Shown here: one piece after another, positions 34,203 to 52,595 of the stretch
How positions within the stretch are numbered: the stretch's first letter is position 1
Layout: every line of letters starts with the position of its first letter
Source of the DNA: the human T2T-CHM13v2.0 reference genome, Homo sapiens
Direction: 5' to 3' (one strand)
Assembly (NCBI RefSeq): GCF_009914755.1
Contig: NC_060931.1
DNA: 64,000 nucleotides
The notes under the pieces: generated by a model
Database searches by the model: none
Told to the model about the DNA's origin: nothing
Seen by the model: the letters and a program-made list of their open reading frames with translations, nothing else
Program-made: the position numbers and the translations under genes

Positions 34203-36974
34203 TGTCATAATTTCAAGAAAGATCATGGGTGGGTCCAGGGCATTGTGGATATTCCTAAACTCCAGTTGGAATCTTTGTGAGTAGACAGCATCCTGCTTGA
34301 GCAATATTCCAGTCTTGATGAATGTAGTTCTTCATTACAATCACTTAGTGTCCTGTGTTATAGACATAGATAATATGAGACCCTTTGGGTTGTTCTGTAT
34401 CTCCCCAAGATGTATCTCAGCACTGAATCTCTTGAATAAATGCGGGATATCAGTTTCATGTATTTTTCCTTACCTGTGTCTCATAAGGCAGAGAATTTGC
34501 ATTTAGCTATATGACTTGCTGAGCAACAAGTACATTAAGATTTTAAAATAAAATGAAGTTTTCTCTCAAGCCATTTTCTTTTCAATAATTCCTTTATGTA
34601 TTTAATCTCCCCCTTTTCTTTACGTTTTAGAACTATTCAAAAGATTCAAATGCTTCAGTATCTGTGGCCACAACTTCCTTGTTATTTTAACCCACTATCT
34701 AGCTTATTTGCTCATGGAGAAGAATCATTACTATCTTTTACACTTTGGGAATCATTGAAGAAATAGTAGTTTTTCAGTAATCAAGCAACTTACTACATTT
34801 TATGCTTTTTGTTGGTCATTACTGTCTGGTTTTGCTGCATTCTTGAATGTTTATATGATCTAAGTAATTGAGGCATGGCCACTAAACATATATCTATGTA
34901 AGATTTACGTAAGAAATTAAGAAGAATTCAATAGAGCAACAATTCTTTACTCCTATCTCTTCCCATTCCCTGACCTTCAGAAAAGGAATGGCAAACTGTA
35001 AATGCTATTTCTATTTTTTGAGAATGAAGGAAGGACCTTAGTATAATAGTGAAACTTCATGAACTGACCAAGAACTATATTCAGTTAAAATATTTTTGGG
35101 GAGTTTTCCTGAAACTTCTTTAGGCAACTGGCTGAGGAGGAGGATAAGGCTAGTCTCTATTTCTATGGCTTTACTAAATGTTTTCTCAAAGCCTCTGAAT
35201 TTTTTCTTATTTGGAAGAAAAGTTATTTAATCTTTTGAAACCACTTTCTCATGGAATAGTTTTAATTAATGTTTTGACAATTACGCTATCACTGTCTTTC
35301 AAAGAGTAAAAGGATAAAATTGCAAAACTGAAAATATTCTAGTTATCTTTAGAAAGTTTCACTGTACATATTATACAACATCTTCTGAATTATCTGAGAC
35401 TCTATATCTTATAAACAGATTATAACTGATCATTATTCTGAGATATTTTTTCCAGATTTATTAAGGTGTAATAGACAAATATTATTCTAATATCTTATAC
35501 AAGGTTTTACCACTATTTAAATACTAAGACAAGGACAGATTATGGAATGTGTTAAGCTACAGAATTGCAGTGTAGTCCACACAAACTGTGATTATTAGCC
35601 ACAATATCTTCCTTCAGTTCAAAGTAAGATTGTCTTTTAATTTTTATGAGGAAATCTAGTATGTGACTTATAGTTTATAAGAACACCCCATGAGGTCAGA
35701 AATTGTCAAGATTCTTTTCATATATTTGTTTGGAAAAAAAAAATCCCTACTTTAAACCCAATAAAATTCTCATGCATTGTCCTGTGGTGACAGGGGAAAG
35801 TAAACATGGCCATGGTAAGGGCACTAATCTTAGCTGTCTGACAGACCCAGGATCAAGGTCTGCCTCTACAAAAGTTGCTTAACCTCTCTGAAACTCAGTC
35901 TCCTCATAGCAAAATGGAAATAATACATTCCTCATAGAGTTGTTAGGATTATGTATAAAAAGTTTAGTACATGACTGATAGATACTTGGAAGGCACTCAA
36001 CGAGTATTAGTTCTCACAATTATTTTTATGGTATGCAATTTGAACTTTTTCAGCATGCATAATTTCTTCTTATTTTAGCAAGTACTATTTTATTTTCTTT
36101 TAGAGACCAAATTTCCAGAAGCTATATAACATCTTGTTCTTTACTCATATCTGTCCTCTTGTTTACCTTTAGAACCAACACTTAACTTTTATAAGTGTAC
36201 ATTCTAGTTTATCATTGCTAATATTTAATCAATAACAAGGTAAATTTCCTTAATATGCCTATTTTCTCATGTTGATGCTTCCATGACAAACTATTTTGGG
36301 TCATTGTAGAATCCCATTGGGTGAGATGTGGGATGTAACAAATCACATAATATGAAATTATTATATCACTAGTGTCATTCAAAACTCCAAATAAAATGTA
36401 TTTTTCATTTTCTTGATTAACCCAACCAGGGTAGCTAAAACAAATAGTTTATTTTTCTGACATAATGAGAAATCGAAGTGGACAATTACTGTAGTGGTTC
36501 AATGACTTAGCAAAGTTACAGTGAGTATCTCTGCATTTCTCTTGGTCTTTCTGCATAGACACAAATGAAAGTGGCAACTCCAGGAATATTGTCTAGGAAG
36601 AAAGGGGGATGGCTGAAGGGTATGTGAGCTACCACTCTTCCTTTTTTTTAAATTGTGATATAATTTCTATGTAATGAGATTAATATATCTTAAACATACC
36701 AATCAATGAATGTTGACAAATGTATATACACTAATGTGGTCATTACACAAATAAACATGTAGAACATTTTCATCACTCCTGAAATTCCCTTGTGCTACTT
36801 TACAGACAGTACCCTTACCTGTTCCAGAAGCAACTATAGTTATAATTTCTATAAGTAAAGGCTTGTTTTAACTATTTTTAAATTTCATAACAATTAAATC
36901 ATACAGTATGTATACTTATCTGGATTTTTTCACTCAACATAATACTTTTGAGATTTTCATATGTGTATCAATAG

Positions 36975-37644
36975 CATATTAGTCTGTTTTCACACTGCTA
37001 TAAAGAAATACCTGAGACTGGGTAATTTATTTAAAAAAGAGGTTTAATTGATTCACAGTTATGCATGGCTAGGGAGGCCTCAGGAAACTTACAATCATGG
37101 CCAAAGGCAAAGAATAAGCAAATACCTTCTTCACTAGATGGTAGGACAGAGAGTGCATGAAGGAGGAACTACCAAACACTTGTAAAACCATCAGATCCCA
37201 GCACTTCGGGAGGTCAAGGTGGATGGATTGCTTATGGCCAGGAGTTCGAGACCAGCCTGGCCAACATGGTGAAACCCCGTCTCTATTAAAAATACAGAAA
37301 TTAGCTTGGCATGGTGGCACACACTTGTAATCCCAGCTATTCAGGAGGCTGAGGCAGGAGAGTCACTCGAAACCTGGAGGTGGAGGTTGCAGTGAGCTGA
37401 GATCGCCCCACTGTACTCCAGCCAGGACAACAGAGTAAGGCTCCATCTCAAAAAAGAAAAGAAAAGAAAAGAAAAAAACCATCAGATCTCATGAGAACTC
37501 GCTCATTATCATGAGAACAGCATGGGGGAAACCATCCCCATGATCCAGTCACCTCCCACGAGGTCCCTCCCTCAACATGTGGGGAATATGGGGATTACAA
37601 TTTGAGATGAGATTTGGGTGGGGACACAGAGTCAAACCATATCA
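36975..37644. mobile_element. MSTA-like MaLR LTR with nested Alu
   Basis: GGGAGGCCTCAGGAAACTTACAATCATGG...CAAACCATATCA; 5-bp TSD AATAG; sits inside an L1M relic. Confidence 0.8.
37194..37478 (+). mobile_element. AluS, slightly 5'-truncated
   Basis: TSD AAAACCATCAGATC. Confidence 0.85.
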
Positions 37645-38014
37645 AATAGATTGTGCCTTTTTATTGTGAGTATATTCCATTGTCTGTTCCTTTCTTATCA
37701 GGATACCAAAAGCTTTCCTAGAAACTTTCCTAGTAAATGTATTCTTGGATCTCTTGAGATGGGTCATATCTGGTCACACAGTCACTCCTTGCTGCAAAGG
37801 AGGCTAGGAAAGCATTTGTGTTTCTAGCTTCTATCATGGGAGACTACAAAGGAGAATCAGACTGGGAATGGCTTTTGAGTAGCCAAACAACATCCACCAA
37901 AATGAATTTCACAGTTTTCAGTTATATGATGAAACTTAGGTTTTATTCTTTCTATTAAAAAGTGCTCATTATCTTATTTATAAACTACTATTATTATTTG
38001 ATATATGCATATGT

Positions 38015-38348
<334 letters not shown>

Positions 38349-38504
38349 TTAACTTGGAAGAAACCTTCTAAAGAGTGGGTTAGAGAGAGAAAAATTAGGA
38401 AAATTTAAAAATGGGAATTATGAAGCTGTTTGCTCCACAATTTAAGAAAACAATTGTAAATACAATAAAGAAATTTAAAATAGAAGTATAAAATTATGAA
38501 ATGT

Positions 38505-38815
<311 letters not shown>

Positions 38816-38859
38816 TACAAAATGTGTAATTGGAATTCTAAGCCATCACATTCTATAAG

Positions 38860-40070
<1,211 letters not shown>

Positions 40071-40388
40071 CACTTGGCTAATAAAGAGAAAGAAAAGAAC
40101 AAATAAAGATCATTTCCATCATTAGAATACCATCTTAATTGATTTGGGGAACTATCAAAGAATGTTGAGTAGTTTTACTACAAAAAGATTTAGTATATAT
40201 TTAAGTGACTATCAAAAAGCAAAAGACGGGGAGAGAGAGAACTAAAAGACTTCATTCTTTCAGTAAATATTTACTGAGCACAGACCATGTGCCAAACTGG
40301 GATACGGCAATGAACAAAATAAAAAAAGTCACTGTTTTGGTGGAACTTCTGGTATGAGTTGAGAGAGAAACAAAATAAACAAATGATG

Positions 40389-40814
40389 TGATAAAAGAAA
40401 AACCAAATTAAATTTAAAGGAGTTTAACTGAGCAATGAATGATTCACGAATTGGGCAGCCCCCAGAATTATAGCAGATTCACAGAGACTCCAGCGCAGCC
40501 ACATAATGAAAGAAAATTTATAAACACAAAAAAGGGAAATAATGTACAGAAATCAGAAGTGAGGTACAGAATGGCTGGATTGGTTACAAGTTGCCATTTG
40601 CCTTATTTGAACACAGTTTGAACACTTAGCAGTGTATGAATGGTTGAAGTACAGCTGCTGGGATTAGCCAAGACTCAGCTATTGTTACAGGCACATACTC
40701 CTAAATTAGGTTTTTAACCTTGTCTACCTATTAAGCTAGGTTGCAGTTTGTCCACAAGCACTCAAATATAGAAGTACAGAGTCCTTCTCAGGCTATATTT
40801 AGTTAGCTTTAACA
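40389..40814 (-). mobile_element. MER57-family solo LTR
   Basis: Reverse complement begins TGTTAAAGCTAACTAAATATAGCCTGAGAAGGACTCTGTACTTC; 4-bp TSD GATG. Confidence 0.8.
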
Positions 40815-40851
40815 GATGTCAGGTAAGTTTTTTGTGGCAAGTGCCACACAA

Positions 40852-40891
<40 letters not shown>

Positions 40892-41031
40892 GAGCTGGAG
40901 CTGGGTGCACTTGGAATCCCAGCTACTCTGGAAGTTGAGGAGGGAGGATCACTTGAGCCTGGGAGTTCATGGCCAACCTGGGCAACATAGTGAGACTCCG
41001 TCTCTAAATAAATAAATAAACAAATAAATAA
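40852..41031 (+). mobile_element. (AAT)n microsatellite followed by an Alu monomer (FLAM-like)
   Basis: Read directly from sequence. Confidence 0.7.
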
Positions 41032-41443
41032 CACTGGGCAAGGAATGGGAGAGAACATGTTTATAGGGTGTGTAGGAAAGGCATTCTCTGATAAGATGAT
41101 AATTACACAGAGGCCAGAAGGGATAAGGAAATGAGCCATTTGGCTATATGGAGAAAGAACATTCTGGGCAGTAGGAATAGCCAAGTGCAAAGAACCTGAA
41201 GTAGATCATATGCTTGGTTTTTTGGAGAAAAAGTAAGAAAGTCAGTGTGCCTGGGTCAGAGTAGGACTAGAGGATACAGTAAGACTAAACATTTTAAGTA
41301 AGACTAAAAATACAAAATATTAGCCAGGTGTGATGGCATGTGCCTGTAGTCTTAGCTACAGATGAGGTCAGAGACCAAATCCAGAAGGCCTTATAAGGAT
41401 TTTAGGTTTTACTCTGAATGATATGGAATGCCATTGAAAGAGG

Positions 41444-41741
41444 TTTTGTTTTGTTTTTGAGACGAAGTCTTGCTCACTCTGTCACCCAGGCTGGACTGCA
41501 GCAGCATGATCTCGGCTCACTGCGACCTCTGCTTCTGCTTCCTGGCTTGAAGAGATTCTCCTGCCTCAGCCTCCTGAGTAGCTGGTGCCCGCCACCACAC
41601 CCAGCTAATTTTTGTATTTTTAGTAGAGACGGGGTTTCGCCATGTTGGCCAGGCTAGTCTTGAACTCCTGACCTCAGATGCTCCGCCCATCTCAACCTCC
41701 TAAAGTGCTGGGATTACAGGTGTAAGCCACTGCACCTGGCC
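41444..41741 (-). mobile_element. AluS
   Basis: Antisense dimer. Confidence 0.85.
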
Positions 41742-42275
41742 CATTAAAGGGTTTTGAGTGGAGGAATGACATGATGTGACTTACATTTTACAAGGATTAG
41801 TCTGGTTACCGTATGAAGAATATATTACAAGGAAGCAAGGGTAGAAACAAAGATATCAGTTAGGATCTTGGCAAAATTCAAGGTGAGAGATGATGGTGGC
41901 TTGGACCAGGGTAGCATTTGCAGAAGTGAAAACAACTAATAGGGTTATGGATCTATTTGAACACAATTTACTATTAGACTGACTATGGGTTATAAGAGAA
42001 ACAGAAGAGACAAGGATGACTCCAAGATTATCAACCTAAGAAACTCCTAAAGTAGGACTACCATTTACTGTGATAGGAAGGACGACTGGAAGAGGAGATT
42101 TTGGAGGGAAAACCAAAGGTTGGTTTTAAACATATTTAAATGTGTGTTACTCGTTCAAGTAGAGTTGGTAACTAAGTTGATAAATAATCAGATAAACAAA
42201 TTTGGAGTTCAAGGGAAAGGTCCAAGTTAGAAATATAAGTAGACAGCCTATCAGTGGAATTTTAAGCAATGGCAC

Positions 42276-43346
42276 TATCAGGGAACCTGCCCCCGATAGT
42301 CACGCAGCTTCTTTTCTATTTTCCCTAAGTGTTGGCCGGGTTGAGAAATAAAGGGACAGAGTACAAAAGAGAGAAATTTTAAAGCTGGGCATCTGGGGGA
42401 GACATCACATGTCGGTAGGTTCCGTGATGCCCCCTGAGCCATAAAACCAGCAAGTTTTTATTAGGGATTTTCAAAAGGGGAGGCAGTGTACGAATAGGGT
42501 GTGGGTCACAGAGATCACGTGCTTTACAAGGTAATAGAATATCACAAGGCAAATGGAGGCAGGGCGAGATCACAGGACCACAGGACCGGGCGAAATTAAA
42601 ATTGCTAATGAAGTTTTGGGCACCATTTTCATTGATAACATCTTATCAGGAGACAGGGTTTGAGAGCAACCGGTCTGACCAAAATTTATTAGGTGGGAAT
42701 TTCCTTGTCCTAATAAGCCTGGGCGTGCTATGGGAGACTGGGGCTTATTTCATCCCTACAGTCTCGACCATAGAAGACGTCCACACGCAAGGGGGCCAGT
42801 TTAGAGGCCTACCCTCAGGGGAGCACTCTCTTACTCAGGGATGTTCCTTGCTGAGAAAAAGAATTCAGCGATATTTCTCCCATTTGCTTTTGAAAGAAGA
42901 GAAATATGGCTCTGTTCTGCCTGGCTCATCAGCGGTCAGAGTTTAGGGTTATCTCTCTTGTTCCCTGAACATTGCTGTTATCCTGTTCTTTTTTCAAGGT
43001 GCCCAGATTTCATATTGTTCAAACACACATGCTCTACAATTTGTTCAGTTAACGCAATCATCACAGGGTCCTGAGGTGACATACATCCTCCTCAGTTTAC
43101 GAGATGACAGAATTAAGAGATTAAAGACAGGCATAAGAAATCACAAGGGTATTGACTGGGGAAGTGATAAGTGTCCATGAAATCTTCACAATTTATGTTT
43201 AGAGATTGCAGTAAAGACAGGCATAAGAAATTATAAAAGTATTAATTTGGGGAACTAATAAATGTCCATGAAATCTTCACAATCCACGTTCTTCTGCCAT
43301 GGCTTCAGCTGGTCCCTCCGTTTGGGGTCCCTGACTTCCCGCAACA
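42276..43346 (-). mobile_element. MER11 solo LTR (HERV-K11/HML-8)
   Basis: Reverse complement begins TGTTGCGGGAAGTCAGGGACCCCAAACGGAGGGACC; ~1.07 kb; internal repeats; TSD GGCAC(T). Confidence 0.85.
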
Positions 43347-43973
43347 GGCACTAGATGAGATCACTCACTATCAAAGTAGTGAAAATCTGAGGACTTATCT
43401 TGGTCACTGCAACATTTAGAGGTCAGAAAAATAAGAAATAGCCAACTGTGAGCACTGAATTTGACAACATGTTGGCCATAGGTTACTCTGACAAGAATAG
43501 TTTGGGTAGAGTGGTGAAGGTGAAAGCCGGCTTCAAGTGGGTTCAAGAAACAATAAAGAAACTTGAGACAGTGAGCACAGACAACTCTTTTGGGGTGTTT
43601 TACTGCAAAAGGAATCACAAAATGGTGTGGTGGCTAAACTGCCCTGCCACATGGGGTTGAAAGTTTTTGTTTGTTTCTTTTCAGATAGGAGGTTGTCATT
43701 TTTATATGCTGATGCAATGATTGATCTATTAAAGAGGAAACCGTAGGTGAAAGAGGGAACAATTACTGAAACAGTGCCCTAGAGCAAGAAGAGGGAAAGG
43801 GAGGCAATGGAAGGGTTGGCTTTAAATAGGAGCGATAGAATCATTTATTTTTACATGCAGGAAGGAACTTGTAGAGTAAGCAAAATGTGGGTACATGTGC
43901 AGATATGTCAACTGATATGGTGGTGGGAGAATGTGAACATTTCTTCCAGTTATGTCTATTTTCTAAGTAATTA

Positions 43974-44284
<311 letters not shown>

Positions 44285-44825
44285 CTAAAAGCAGGAACTG
44301 TGTAGAAGGTATTGGAAGTTTGTGGAGAAAAAAGATATTAATTCAGTCAACAAGATAAATTGTTAAAAGAATTGTCTATGAAAACGTAGTAAATTTAAAA
44401 TAAGACTGGTTAACATAATTGAGTGCTTTGTTTTTAGCCAAGTTCAGCTGCTGGAGTGAATTTTATTCAAGGTAAGGGAGGGAGAGAGGCAAAATCAAGA
44501 GAGATAGGTTATATGCAAGGAGTGAATATAGTGATGGTCCATAAACCTAAGCTGGATAAGGCAAGAAGTAAGGATTTAATTGGGTGCAAGAAGATATTAA
44601 GGTCAACAGATTAAACATCATTATATAAAGAATTATTGGGAGTTAGGGTCCCCAAGGAAATCAGCTGAAAAATAAGAGGGGGTATTTGAGAATGGGATAC
44701 TTTAAATTGAAATTAAGGGGTACAGACATTAGTAATGACAAAGTCTACAATGTAACAGTAGGTAAGGGTGGCTTAGGTAGGATGGAGGACAAAATCACTG
44801 GAAGATAGAAGGTCAAGTAACTGAA

Positions 44826-45136
44826 GCCAGGCGCGGTGGCACATGCCTGTAATCCCAGCACTTTAGGAAGTAGACACGGGCGGATCACTTGAGGCCAGGA
44901 GTTCAAGACCAGCCTGGCCAACATGGAGAAACTCTGTCTCTAATAAAAATACAAAAAATTAGCTGGGCATGGTGGCATGTGCCTGTAATCCCATAGTCCC
45001 ATCAGCTCGGGAGGCTGAGGCATGAGAATCGCTTGAACATGGGAGGCAGAGGTTGCAGTGAGCTCAGACCGCACCACTGCACTGGGTGACAGAGTGAGAC
45101 TGTCTCAAAAAAAAAAAAAAAGAAAAAAGAAAAAAA
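44826..45136 (+). mobile_element. AluS
   Basis: TSD AAGGTCAAGTAACTGA. Confidence 0.9.
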
Positions 45137-46439
45137 GGTCAAGTAACTGAGGGGTCAGGGTACTGGAAGGATCCTCTACATGAATGTTGAAATCACCGAG
45201 AATTATGATAGAAATTATAGTAAAATGAGTCAATGAGGGCAAGTCTAAAATTCAAGGAATGAGGGGCTGAGATCTGCAATAGAACGGTTGATGGGTAGTA
45301 CCGTCTGATAGCATGAACTTCAGAAGGGATCACGGTCTGTGACACAGTAAAGGGTAAGACTCTTACCCCACCTCTAAGCCCAGTAACACTAGGGCTTTGG
45401 GAGAGAAACAGCTCCCACATGAGAAGACTGCAGGGAAAGCAGTATGCTAGGGGAGAGCTGAAGGGAGAAACATCAGAAAAAAGGTTTTGAGATATCTAGG
45501 ATTTTGCTAACTATAATACAATCGTGAGTTCTAAAGGGCACATTGGAAAGGTTTGGTTTGAAAGATGAAAGAGATTGGGGGAGGAAGCAAAAGACACGGG
45601 TTGTATTACAGAATGCGCGAAAGGTTCTCTTGAGTTGTTTAGTTTTGTTTAAAAAAAAAAGGACAGTAGAGAATTGAAGCCATTAGCTAGATGATTCAGT
45701 TGTTTGTTCTGCTCAAGTATTCTAGATTATTATGTTAATCTGTTTAGTTTGTCTTGTGCAGATATAACTTTCATAAATTATCAAAGATGAAACAAAGGAG
45801 ATTAAAGAGAAGAGATCAAAACTGTATACAGGCTCTGTTAATTCATCGTTTCCACTACTTTCTCATCTCTAGTTCCTAGGGACTGCAGTGATTGCTATAG
45901 CAATTTGGATTAAAATACATAGAATGGAAATTGTCATAAGACATTTATTGAAAATCAATTTATGTTTTTCATTATCTGAACAGGTAATGGAAAAAAGAGT
46001 AATCATGAAAAGTACAGCAATACTGATACTAAAGTGAGTTATCTGTTTCTAATTTTATGTCTTTACACCTGAGCTGTTTTTTTTTTTTTTCATGAATCCC
46101 TTGGTCAGTCTATGCAGAATTGAATTTCATTGATATACAAATCTACATTCCCTCCTGTATAAGAATGCAAAACTAATCAAATCACAAACAAGGACAAATT
46201 TTGTGAAATCATTATTTATACCAGTATAGTATAACACGTTAAAAATACATGTATACAAATAAGTTGTATATTTTATATTATAAGTTCTGGAGTGCTATTT
46301 GGTCATGAGTACATTTGTAAATAAAATGAAAATCAAATACTGGTTGGCAAAATGCTCAACCTAAGACTTTACAACCAATGAATATCATACTAAAAAATAC
46401 AATATTTATATAGTATAAGGATTGGGAACTGGAAATGCT

Positions 46440-48410
<1,971 letters not shown>

Positions 48411-48851
48411 CTATAACAAAGACTATAATTAATATCATAAAAAATAAACAATAATTTCGCATGTGTGTTGATACATATTTGGCAAATCATTACTTACAGA
48501 ATAGAAGGCTTGCCTTCAGACCACCTGCATCACTGGCACTGCCATATAGGCTACTTGTTAAACATGACCTGAGAAATTTATGTTCCTAATAAACACTCCA
48601 TGTAATCCACTAGCACATTAAAGTTTGGGAACCACTGTAGTAGAAGATATGAAATCAATAAATCAACCCATGTAATTCATATGTTAACATAATGTCTAAG
48701 TTTTTTTAAACTTCTATAGAATGTATAAAGATTAAAGTTAAAATCTGTCTCGTAAAGGAAAATCAGCAAACTTTACAACTCTAAATAATAATTCTACCTG
48801 TAGACTTAAAAATTTTGTATTTTAAATGATTAAAAAACAGTGCTATGTCAG

Positions 48852-49411
48852 AACCAGAAATACCATTTTACCCAGCAATCCCATTACTGGGTATATACCC
48901 AAAGGATTATAAATAATTCTACTATAAAGACACGTTTCCACGTATGTTTATTGCAGGACTAGTTACAATAGCAAAGACTTGGAACCAACCCAAATGCCCA
49001 TCAACGATAGACTGGATGAAGAAAATGTGGCACATATACCGCATGGAATACTATGCAGCTACAAAAAAGAACGAGTTCATGTCCTTTGCAGGGACATGGA
49101 TGAAGCTAGAAACTATCATCCTCAGCAAACTAACACAGGAACAGAAAGCCAAACACCACATGTTCTCACGCATAATTGGGAGCTGAACAATGAGAACACA
49201 TGGACACAGGGAGGGGAACATCACACACTGGGGCCTGTGGCAGGGTGGGGGAAAGGGAAGGGAGAGCATTAGGACAAATACCTAATGCATGTGGAGCTTA
49301 AAACCTATTTGACAGGCTGATAGGTGCAGCAAGCCACCATGGCACATGTATACCTATATAACAAACCTACATGTTCAGCACATGTATCCCAGAACTTAAA
49401 GTAAAATAAAA
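48852..49411 (+). mobile_element. 5'-truncated L1PA (PA7/8-like) 3' end
   Basis: ORF2 C-terminus ([19 protein letters not shown]...) plus 3' UTR ending CCCAGAACTTAAAGTAAAA. Confidence 0.85.
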
Positions 49412-51520
49412 TTTTTTTTAAATGGTACTATATCGTATCCTAGTTTATTTGTCAATACAGATGTCAAATTCAATACTTTCTTTCAAACTTTTAGGTAGCT
49501 TTTAGTAAATCATTGCTGCAGAGATCCAAATGGTACTCCAGTTGTCGGACTAGAAAGAGAAATTTATGATTGTTGGCTGATAACTTACTCTGCAAGACTC
49601 TTTAGCGAGGTTCTATAGATGGCTACACTCACACAGAGGAGTGTATAATCAATCCAGAATTACCTTTCATACCTTCACAATGGTGAATTCTATTACTGGT
49701 TTCTTGGATGAAGGATGGGGGGATAAAGACTGATATGAAAACATGTCAATTCTGAAGATATAGAAGAGTTTAAATATTTTATAGTGTTTCCCTATTTCAA
49801 AAAAATGGCATTACAGTTTACATGAGATCTATTTGTTAAGCTCTTTAAAGACGCAAAGAAAAGCTATATCCATATCACCTTTGGCAATGGAGGTTTTGTG
49901 CAAGGACACAGTGGGATGTAAGGTAGCCCCGGATGTTATCTTTTCAGTTATAGAGTTTCTCTAAGCACTTCCAAGATGGGAAGCAATAGTGGAGCAGGCC
50001 TTATGGAAAACTGGAATCATGCCTAAACTCTAATGACCTGAATTCTCTTAATTCACAATGCGTCTTACTTTCCAAGACAGAGAGAATGTTATTAGATCCA
50101 AAAATCACCATTCAAAATGGAGTGCCAAAATTGGCTTGAATTTTATGCCACTCTAGCTGACAGGAGGTCAGCCTCCTTCATGTCTAGTCTTTATAGTGTC
50201 CAAACATTTGTAGACCAGGATAAACAAGGCTGGCTTCACTGAAAATCAACACAAGCCATAGTACCTAGGGGCAGTTTTCCTAAGAAGCCAATGTAACAAT
50301 AGTGAGTATTTGGCATTTCACAGACTGTTGACTGAAACAGAAAGACTACTTGAAATTTCTTTTCACATTTAAACTAAATATATCTTGACTCTAAAAAACA
50401 ACATGGACACTTGACACAACTCATTTGGGAACTCATTTAGTTTATATTATGTGACTGCTTGGCAATATGAAAATCCTTGGAGATCTGAAATTAGTATGTA
50501 TAGACTATTATTCAGTAATCAATTGCAACATCTTGGAATATAGGCTTATAATTAAATCCTTTCATAATAGTAACACCTTAAATTTCTCTAACATTTCATT
50601 AGATTATAGGTCATTTTAAAAGAATACTCGTTTCATAAATCATTATTTCAAAAGAATTATCTTTTGAAACCTAAAACACTAATGAATTTGTCCTAAGTTT
50701 TCTTTAATACATTCTGTAAGAAGGTATTTACTCCTTTTAAACTCTAAACTGGTTTCGTTTGGAGACGCAGCTGAGCAAAATGGAGCAAGACTTAAATCAG
50801 GGGGCCTAGGACTAGAACTAGCTGGGACTTTTGCTACCCATCCATGGAAAATTGGTGAGTCATTTAATCTCTCAGGCCTTAGTTTCTTATTCTATAAAAT
50901 GTGGAAGATGTACTATTGTGCTTCTTCCTATTTTATTTATATACCTTTCACTTCTATTAGTAAGAATAACCATTTTTGGTTTTAGCATTTGATGTCCTTT
51001 TCCTTCCGTCTAACCCTAGTTACAAAGGGCACCAATCATATTTGCAAAATAAGCTCAATTGGACGTCCGATAAAAACTGTAACATTGTGTATGGATTTCT
51101 GGCATTGTTCAGAATGTGATTAATCAGTCATGCACGTGGAGCCCAATGAGCCCCTGTCTGACTAGAATGGGAAATTGGTGAGAGGGAGCAGCTAGAGTTA
51201 GGGCTACACAGTTAAACTAGGGCAAATGATAGAGGGCCTTGAATGGACAGATTTAGGAATTTGAAGTTCATTTTATGGGTAGCAAGAAGTAATTTTATAA
51301 TAAAATAATTAAATGAAATTTGCATTTTAGAAAGCTAACCTGACAGTTATGAGGACCAGAATGCAATGGGGAAGAATGAGGCAGACATATTGCTTGGATT
51401 CTTCTGGAATTTTTGAAATATGAGATAAAGGACTAGTCTACCATGGTGGCAATGGAAAAGGAAATTTTGCAAAGGAGTCAGATGCTGGGGAAAAGAAAAG
51501 CCCACAGGGCATAGTATCTA

Positions 51521-52023
<503 letters not shown>

Positions 52024-52249
52024 CTAAAGAGAAGCAAAGCCATGAAGATAGACATAATGGTTAAACAACTGAGTAGATCATTACTCTACCTAGTTTAGAA
52101 AAAAAAATCATAGATGCAAGTTTCCTCTGAAAAATTTTGGTCCTGTTTATAATCAAATAACAGTTTTATTACCATAGGATCATTTATCTAGATCTTTGGT
52201 ATATTAATCTAGACTTCAAAAATTGAAGGAAGTAATTAGTAAAATCCTA

Positions 52250-52595
52250 GGGAATGAAGACAGGTTGATTAATGAGCACAAATAAACAGTTTGGAGAAAT
52301 AAGACCATATTTTGACCATATCAAAATAATGTTTGATATGTCAGTAGGGTGACTATAGTGACTATAGTTTACAATAATCTATTGTATATTTCAAAATAGC
52401 TGCAAGAGAATAATTCGAATGTTTCTAGCATAAAGAAAAGACAAATATTTAAGGGGGATATATTTAAATATTTAAGGTGGTGGATATCCCTGATTTGATT
52501 TTTACAAACTGTATGAATATTAAATCATCACATGTACCCTGAAAATATATACATCTATTAAATATTAATTTAAAAAATTTAAAAATAAATAAATA
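52250..52595 (+). mobile_element. L1MA 3' end
   Basis: GGGTGACTATAG...TATTGTATATTTCAAAATAGC...CACATGTACCCTGAAAATAT. Confidence 0.7.

Noticed and set aside
45905-45983. WIKIHRM...KINLCF resembling RGSL1 KTNLCFHY
   Set aside because: It needs a frameshift and overlaps the pyrimidine tract of the candidate acceptor at 45983, so it is treated as chance.
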